Translations under genes and position numbers: made by a program
Notes under the pieces: generated by a model
Seen by the model: the letters and a program-made list of their open reading frames with translations, nothing else
What the model was told of the DNA's origin: nothing
Database searches by the model: none
Shown here: positions 58,993-64,000 of the stretch, piece after piece
Layout of the letters: the number at the start of each line of letters is the position of its first letter
Position numbering within the stretch: position 1 is the first letter of the stretch
Assembly (NCBI GenBank): GCA_964544535.1
Contig: CAZJCV010000004.1
Location: 6,602 to 70,601, forward strand
DNA from: an uncultured Lachnospiraceae bacterium
GTDB lineage: Bacteria; Bacillota; Clostridia; Lachnospirales; Lachnospiraceae
Reading direction: 5' to 3'
Length of the DNA stretch: 64,000 nucleotides

Positions 58993-59554
58993 CAGAATTA
59001 AGGCCAGTATTGAAGCCATACTCTTTGCCATGGGTGAAGCAGTTGATTTAAATAGAATAGCAAAAACTATTAACCATGATAAAGAGACAACTAAGAAAAT
59101 TATTTATGATATGATGGATACTTATAATAATGAAGATAGGGGTATACAAATTACCCAATTAGGTGACTCCTTTCAAATGTGTACAAAGCCTGATATGTAC
59201 GAATCTATAATTAATTTAATTAACGTCCCCCAAAAGCATGTATTAACAGAAGTTGTACTAGAAACACTGTCTATAATTGCTTATAAACAACCTGTTACTA
59301 AAGTAGAAATCGAAGCTATAAGAGGGGTAAACAGTGACCATAGTGTAAATAAATTAATTGAGTATAATTTAGTTTGTGAGCTAGGAAGAATGGATGCACC
59401 AGGTAGACCTATTTTATTTGGAACAACTCAAGAGTTTTTAAGGTGTTTTGGCCTTGAGTCATTAGAAGAATTGCCGTCAGTAAGACAAGATAAGATAGAT
59501 AACTTTAAAGGACAAGTAAAAGAAGAAGCTGCCATTACAATAGAGGAAGAATAA
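58982..59554 (+). CDS. scpB: Segregation and condensation protein B
   Basis: The product shows IEAILFAMGEAV, ETLSIIAYKQPVTKVEIEAIRGV and GRPILFGTT. It overlaps scpA by 11 nt. Confidence 0.9.
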   Translation: MEINRIKASIEAILFAMGEAVDLNRIAKTINHDKETTKKIIYDMMDTYNNEDRGIQITQLGDSFQMCTKPDMYESIINLINVPQKHVLTEVVLETLSIIAYKQPVTKVEIEAIRGVNSDHSVNKLIEYNLVCELGRMDAPGRPILFGTTQEFLRCFGLESLEELPSVRQDKIDNFKGQVKEEAAITIEEE

Positions 59555-59581
59555 GAAACTATGTAGCAAGCAGATTATAGG

Positions 59582-59646
59582 CTCTGTGCCATATATTAGT
59601 GTATGATTTATAAATCATGCTCCAATATATAGCATAGAGTTTTTTT
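59582..59646 (+). terminator. Rho-independent terminator after scpB
   Basis: A long imperfect hairpin (CTCTGTGCCATATATT...AATATATAGCATAGAG, 59582-59639) is followed by TTTTTTT. Confidence 0.8.
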
Positions 59647-59743
59647 GTTAAATAAGAAGTTATCTACTTTAAATAAAAAATAAAAATATGGGCATAATAT
59701 GAAAGTATGCCAATATATAATCTTCAATATGAAAGAGGTTTTT

Positions 59744-61282
59744 ATGAATTCCTTACATGATAAATATAATAAAATAATTGCTCCTATTTCAAAAGATTTA
59801 AATGAAACTATTAAAACTGTAGATGATTTAACAAAGGACTGTGATGATTTTGTTAAAAGACGGTTTACTATTGGTGGGGCTTATAGAGTCGATATTTATT
59901 TTGTTTATATAGATAATATGGTTGATAAAACATTGTTAGAAGAGGACACTCTTAGATATTTATTACATGGAATGAATCAAATGCCTGTATCTAACAAGTT
60001 TGAATATATAAGAGATAAAGGACTTAGAACCGCAGATGTTTCTGAGGCTAAAACAATGGATGCTGCTATGAATTTCATATTTGGCGGAGATACTATGATT
60101 TTTGTAGATGGATATAACAAGGCAATCAGAGTATCAGTAAGGGGAATGGCAAGTAGAGGAATTCAAAAAAGTGAAAATGAAGTTGCTATTCGTGGATCTA
60201 AGGAAAGTTTTACAGAGGCTTTATATCTGAACCGGGTTTTACTTCGGAGACGAGTTAAAGATGCCAATATGAAAATAAAACAATTTGTAGTAGGAGCTAG
60301 AACTCTTACTGATGTAGCAATAGTCTACTTAGATGGAGTTACTCAACCTAAGATTATAGCAGATGTTGAGAAAAAGATTAATGAATATATAATTGATGGG
60401 ATATTTGATAGTGGAATGTTAGAACAATTAATTGAAAACAATCAAAACTCTCCATTTCCTGAGATTCAAGCAACGGAAAGACCAGACAAAGCAGCTTCTG
60501 CTATTGTTGAGGGAAGAGTTGTAATTATAGTAGATAACTCACCAACTGTACTAATAGTGCCTGCTACACTTAATTCATTTTATCAAGCCTCAGATGATTC
60601 TTATAATAGGTGGGAGATAGCAACCCTTATGAGAATCCTAAGATATATAGGCTCATTTCTAACTATGTTTTTACCAGGTTTATATATAGCAGTTGTAAAT
60701 TATCAACCTGAACTTATCTCACCTGCACTTGCTTTGTCCTTTGCAGCAGCAAGAGAAGGAGTGCCATTTTCAGTTTTAATTGAGGTTGTAATAATGGAAG
60801 TGGCATTTGAGATGTTATTAGAAGCAGGTGTACGTCTTCCAGGACCTATGGGCAGTATGTTAGGAATAGTAGGTGGATTAGTTATAGGAGATGCAGCAGT
60901 TAGTGCTAACTTAGTAAGTCCAATGGTGGTTATAATAGTTGCTTTAACAGCAATTTCCGCCTTTACAATACCTAATGAAGCCTTTGCATCATCTTTTAGA
61001 TTGATTAGATTTTATAGCATAATATTATCAGCATTTTTAGGTCTATATGGATTTGTTTTGAGTTTTATGTTTTTATTAATCCATTTAGCTGGCCTAAGAA
61101 GTTTTGGTGTGCCCTATCTTGTTCCTTTTGTTGCCTCAGGTTTAGATGGTTCTAATGACGGTAAAGATGCCTTAATTCGCTTTCCAATTCGCAAGATGAT
61201 TACCAGGCCATCATTTGCTAAAGAAGAAGAAAGAGTACGTTTAGTTAAGAAAAATAAGAATGAAAATAATGAAATCAATTAA
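59744..61282 (+). CDS. Spore germination protein, GerA family A subunit
   Basis: The GerAA/SpoVAF core reads PATLNSFYQASDDSYNRW...REGVPFSVLIEVVIMEVAFEMLLEAGVRLPGP...GDAAVSANLVSP. The ATG at 59744 lies 5 nt after AAGAGG. Confidence 0.9.
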   Translation: MNSLHDKYNKIIAPISKDLNETIKTVDDLTKDCDDFVKRRFTIGGAYRVDIYFVYIDNMVDKTLLEEDTLRYLLHGMNQMPVSNKFEYIRDKGLRTADVSEAKTMDAAMNFIFGGDTMIFVDGYNKAIRVSVRGMASRGIQKSENEVAIRGSKESFTEALYLNRVLLRRRVKDANMKIKQFVVGARTLTDVAIVYLDGVTQPKIIADVEKKINEYIIDGIFDSGMLEQLIENNQNSPFPEIQATERPDKAASAIVEGRVVIIVDNSPTVLIVPATLNSFYQASDDSYNRWEIATLMRILRYIGSFLTMFLPGLYIAVVNYQPELISPALALSFAAAREGVPFSVLIEVVIMEVAFEMLLEAGVRLPGPMGSMLGIVGGLVIGDAAVSANLVSPMVVIIVALTAISAFTIPNEAFASSFRLIRFYSIILSAFLGLYGFVLSFMFLLIHLAGLRSFGVPYLVPFVASGLDGSNDGKDALIRFPIRKMITRPSFAKEEERVRLVKKNKNENNEIN

Positions 61283-61318
61283 TAGATGAAGAAAATAAAT
61301 TATATTGGATGGTAAACT

Positions 61319-63583
61319 ATGTACTTGGATAATGAAAAAATTTCACGTAGACAAATGAAAAGATTGATTGTTTTTAATATATTTAGTATGTCAGTAATTA
61401 TATTACCAAGAATTGCAGTAAGAGCTGCAGCTAGGGATGGTTTAATAGCAATAATCTTAGGATTATTTTTTGCCTTACTGTATATTTTTTTTATCGGATA
61501 TATAAGTAAAAACACGACTGGAAATCTTATAAAACACTCAAAAGAAAAAGCTGGAAGTTTAATAACTTTTATAATAGGAGCATTTTATATTGTTAAATAT
61601 TTTGCCTCTTTAGTTTTTTGCGGAAGATTATTTGCTGAAGTTATTAATGAAACACTTCTTGAAGATTCTAATGTTAGATTTATAATAATAATGTTAATAC
61701 TCATATCGGCCTATTCGGCATCTAAAGGATTTGAAGTTAGGGCAAGAATAACAGAACTACTTTACTTTATTGTATTAATTCCTATAGCTTTATTTTTATT
61801 AATAGGATTAAAAAGTGTGGATATATCAAACATACTACCATTATTTACAGAAGCTAATACTAGCATTATTTATGGAGGTTATGCAATCTTCATTACATTT
61901 TCCACTTTGGAATTTATGATTTTTTCTATGAATTTTATTAAAAATGAAGCAGTAAAAAGTAAGCCAGAGCATAAGTACAATGACAAGCAAGAAAAAACAC
62001 TTAAAATTTTCAAAAATAGAAACTTAAATTATATATTAAATGCTTTAGTCATAGCAGGAATTATTGACATACTGCTTTATCTTGTGACTGTTGGGATTCT
62101 TGGAATAAATGATACAAAACAAAAATTATGGTCAACTATAAATATGATTCAAATTGTTGATATACCAGGTGGATTTTTACAGAGACATGATGCATTAATT
62201 ATTTCGATTTGGATGCTAAGTATTTTCACTCTTACTAGTGGATTTTTTTATTATCTTCTTATAATAAGTAAACAAATATTAAGGTTACGTTCACAAAACT
62301 ATATGATTTTACCATATATAATACTAATATTTGCAGCTTGTATTATACCTATAGATACAGAAGTGTATTTTTTGTATTTTGAAAGATATATGATGATAAT
62401 AGGAATACCAGGTTCAATTATTTTGCCTTTACTTGTACTTATAATAGGAAAAGTTAGAGATTATTCTCAGGGTATTAAGAACCAGAAAGATTATAAGGTC
62501 TTAAAAAACATTATCTTGCTTTTGTTTCTGCCAACTCTACTTATATCAACTGCTTGTAGTGATATGACAGAAATAGAAGATAGGAATTTTATTCAATCCA
62601 TAGGTGTGGATTATAAGGATGGTCAAATAAGCCTTAGTCTTGCATCCCCTGATTTAGCATCATATACAGAACAAGGAAGCAGTGATGAAGATGCTAAGGA
62701 AAAACTACTTACAGTAATAACTGCTAATGATTTTTTTCAAATTGAAGAGAAATATTTAAATGAAGGAAATAAAAGAATTGACTTTAGTCACTTAGAAGTA
62801 ATTGTTTTTGGAAGAGACTTATTAGAAAATAAAGATATTTATTTTGAATTTCTAGAATATATTGAAAAAAGATATGAAATTAGTAGAAATACTTTGATTT
62901 TCATGTCTGAATCTTCAGCTTATAATATATTAAAAACTAATTCAAAACTAGACGAGGGTATAGGTGGTTATCTAAAGCAACTTTATCGTATAAATGTTAT
63001 AAACAATGGAAGAGAAGAGATTAAACTTCAAAATTTATTGCTTAGCAAAAATGAAGGTAATCTAGTAGCTAAGTTGCCTATTATTACAATAGAAGATGAT
63101 AGTGTTTTGGTAAAAGGTGCAGCTTATATACAAAATGGATTAGCAGCATATGAAGTTGATATAAAAGAGAATGATTATATAAATTTGGTAAGAGGTTTTG
63201 CCAACAATAGTCGTTTATTTATAGAAGATGAATTAGAAAATGTGAAATATGTTTTAAAAATAAAAGAAATACAAAAGTCTATAGAGTTTGAGGAGAAAAA
63301 CAATAAACCTTTTATGATTTTAAGAATAGAGGGGAAGGCAGACTTAGAGAAGGGATTAAGTGATAATAAAGATAGAATTGATATAAAGTTGGAGTGTAAT
63401 CAATATATTCATGAACAAATAGTTGGACTTATAGAGAAAATATCAAAAGAAGAGAAGGTGGATTTTTTAAATCTATATCGCTATACTTACAGGAACAAGA
63501 AATTATGGTTAAAATACAGGGATAAGGGTGAAGAGTTTTTAGAGGATCTAGAGTATGAGGTTGAAGTAAATATAGGAATATAA
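61319..63583 (+). CDS. Fused germinant-receptor B (permease) and C (Ger(x)C lipoprotein) subunits in one ORF
   Basis: Residues ~1-385 are a GerAB-like polytopic permease (EKISRRQ...). From residue ~390 there is a signal-peptide-like segment with a lipobox-like LISTAC, followed by a Ger(x)C-type domain (SDMTEIEDRNFIQSIGVDYKDG ... C-terminal EVEVNIGI). No in-frame stop separates the two parts. Confidence 0.8.
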   Translation: MYLDNEKISRRQMKRLIVFNIFSMSVIILPRIAVRAAARDGLIAIILGLFFALLYIFFIGYISKNTTGNLIKHSKEKAGSLITFIIGAFYIVKYFASLVFCGRLFAEVINETLLEDSNVRFIIIMLILISAYSASKGFEVRARITELLYFIVLIPIALFLLIGLKSVDISNILPLFTEANTSIIYGGYAIFITFSTLEFMIFSMNFIKNEAVKSKPEHKYNDKQEKTLKIFKNRNLNYILNALVIAGIIDILLYLVTVGILGINDTKQKLWSTINMIQIVDIPGGFLQRHDALIISIWMLSIFTLTSGFFYYLLIISKQILRLRSQNYMILPYIILIFAACIIPIDTEVYFLYFERYMMIIGIPGSIILPLLVLIIGKVRDYSQGIKNQKDYKVLKNIILLLFLPTLLISTACSDMTEIEDRNFIQSIGVDYKDGQISLSLASPDLASYTEQGSSDEDAKEKLLTVITANDFFQIEEKYLNEGNKRIDFSHLEVIVFGRDLLENKDIYFEFLEYIEKRYEISRNTLIFMSESSAYNILKTNSKLDEGIGGYLKQLYRINVINNGREEIKLQNLLLSKNEGNLVAKLPIITIEDDSVLVKGAAYIQNGLAAYEVDIKENDYINLVRGFANNSRLFIEDELENVKYVLKIKEIQKSIEFEEKNNKPFMILRIEGKADLEKGLSDNKDRIDIKLECNQYIHEQIVGLIEKISKEEKVDFLNLYRYTYRNKKLWLKYRDKGEEFLEDLEYEVEVNIGI

Positions 63584-63605
63584 AATTCAACTTGACTAAA
63601 GTTTT

Positions 63606-64000
63606 TTATTCTTTTGGATATAAGAAATCTATAACACGCCTATAACTATTTTCATCACCAATCAAATAAAAAATATCATTTTCCAGAAAAACTGCATATG
63701 GGCCAGGAGAGAGAATAGTATTATTATTGCGTTTTATTGCAATTACTGTTGCTGTTGTATGGTGCCAAAAATTGATGTCAGATATATTTTTATTAAGATA
63801 GGGAGTGGTGTTTTTTATTTTTACTTCAAAAGGAATAAAGGGATTAATAGATTGAAAACGTGAAATGTTTTTAACTAATCTATTGATTTTATTTTCTAAA
63901 TTAATGTTGTCTTCTTTTTGTTGGGAAATACTATCATTTATATCAACTATTAAACTATTAAGAGTCTGCATGTCTTTAAACTCTCTTACAAACTTCAAAG
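63606..64000 (-). CDS. TrkA-C (RCK_C) domain-containing protein, C-terminal part; the ORF is open to the window edge
   Basis: The C-terminal ~70 aa (…NKNISDINFWHHTTATVIAIKRNNNTILSPGPYAVFLENDIFYLIGDENSYRRVIDFL) matches the TrkA-C pattern. The N-terminus is outside the window. Confidence 0.4.
   Translation of the reverse strand, partial: LKFVREFKDMQTLNSLIVDINDSISQQKEDNINLENKINRLVKNISRFQSINPFIPFEVKIKNTTPYLNKNISDINFWHHTTATVIAIKRNNNTILSPGPYAVFLENDIFYLIGDENSYRRVIDFLYPKE

Noticed and set aside
1-64000. A search of the whole window for CRISPR repeats, IS elements or transposases, integrases, phage genes, toxin-antitoxin pairs, restriction-modification or other defence modules, rRNA and tRNA.
   Set aside because: None were recognised. 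All large ORFs have housekeeping or sporulation assignments, and the intergenic regions are short and AT-rich, without tRNA-like GC-rich stems or regularly spaced repeats.

Overview
This is a visibly AT-rich, gene-dense chromosomal core segment from an endospore-forming Firmicute of the Clostridia type. The taxonomic call rests on PolC, pta-ackA, pyruvate formate-lyase, yqfC/yqfD, spoIIM-like, spoVB-like and a gerA-type germinant receptor. I call 58 protein-coding genes, 54 of them on the + strand, which suggests leading-strand co-orientation. They are almost all housekeeping: translation (rpmF, rpsB, tsf, frr, rpsU, alaS, miaB, ybeY, rny); replication and repair (ruvAB, polC, scpAB); envelope (cls, SEDS/bPBP pair, uppS, cdsA, rseP, dac); isoprenoid synthesis (dxr, ispG); fermentation (pta, ackA, pflBA); amino-acid metabolism (proBA, aspartate aminotransferase, DAHP synthase); and sporulation/germination. 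I see no rRNA, tRNA, CRISPR array, transposase, integrase, phage or recognisable defence genes. I could not find a convincing novel multi-gene system, and this reads as an ordinary core region. The most unusual observations are: (i) a single ORF that fuses the GerB-type permease to the GerC-type lipoprotein of a germinant receptor; (ii) a 50-codon basic ORF with a strong SD, below the ORF-track cutoff, downstream of a YprB/MrfB-like exonuclease gene; (iii) three extra genes (a divergent purC-like gene, a membrane-anchored polysaccharide deacetylase and a bactofilin with a ~130-aa poly-acidic N-terminus) inserted into the normally contiguous rpsB-tsf-pyrH-frr cluster; (iv) mntP without a recognisable Mn riboswitch. 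Several ORF-track starts are over-extended, and I re-set them to internal starts that have Shine-Dalgarno sequences. All functional calls come from motif and family recognition by eye. No database search was run.
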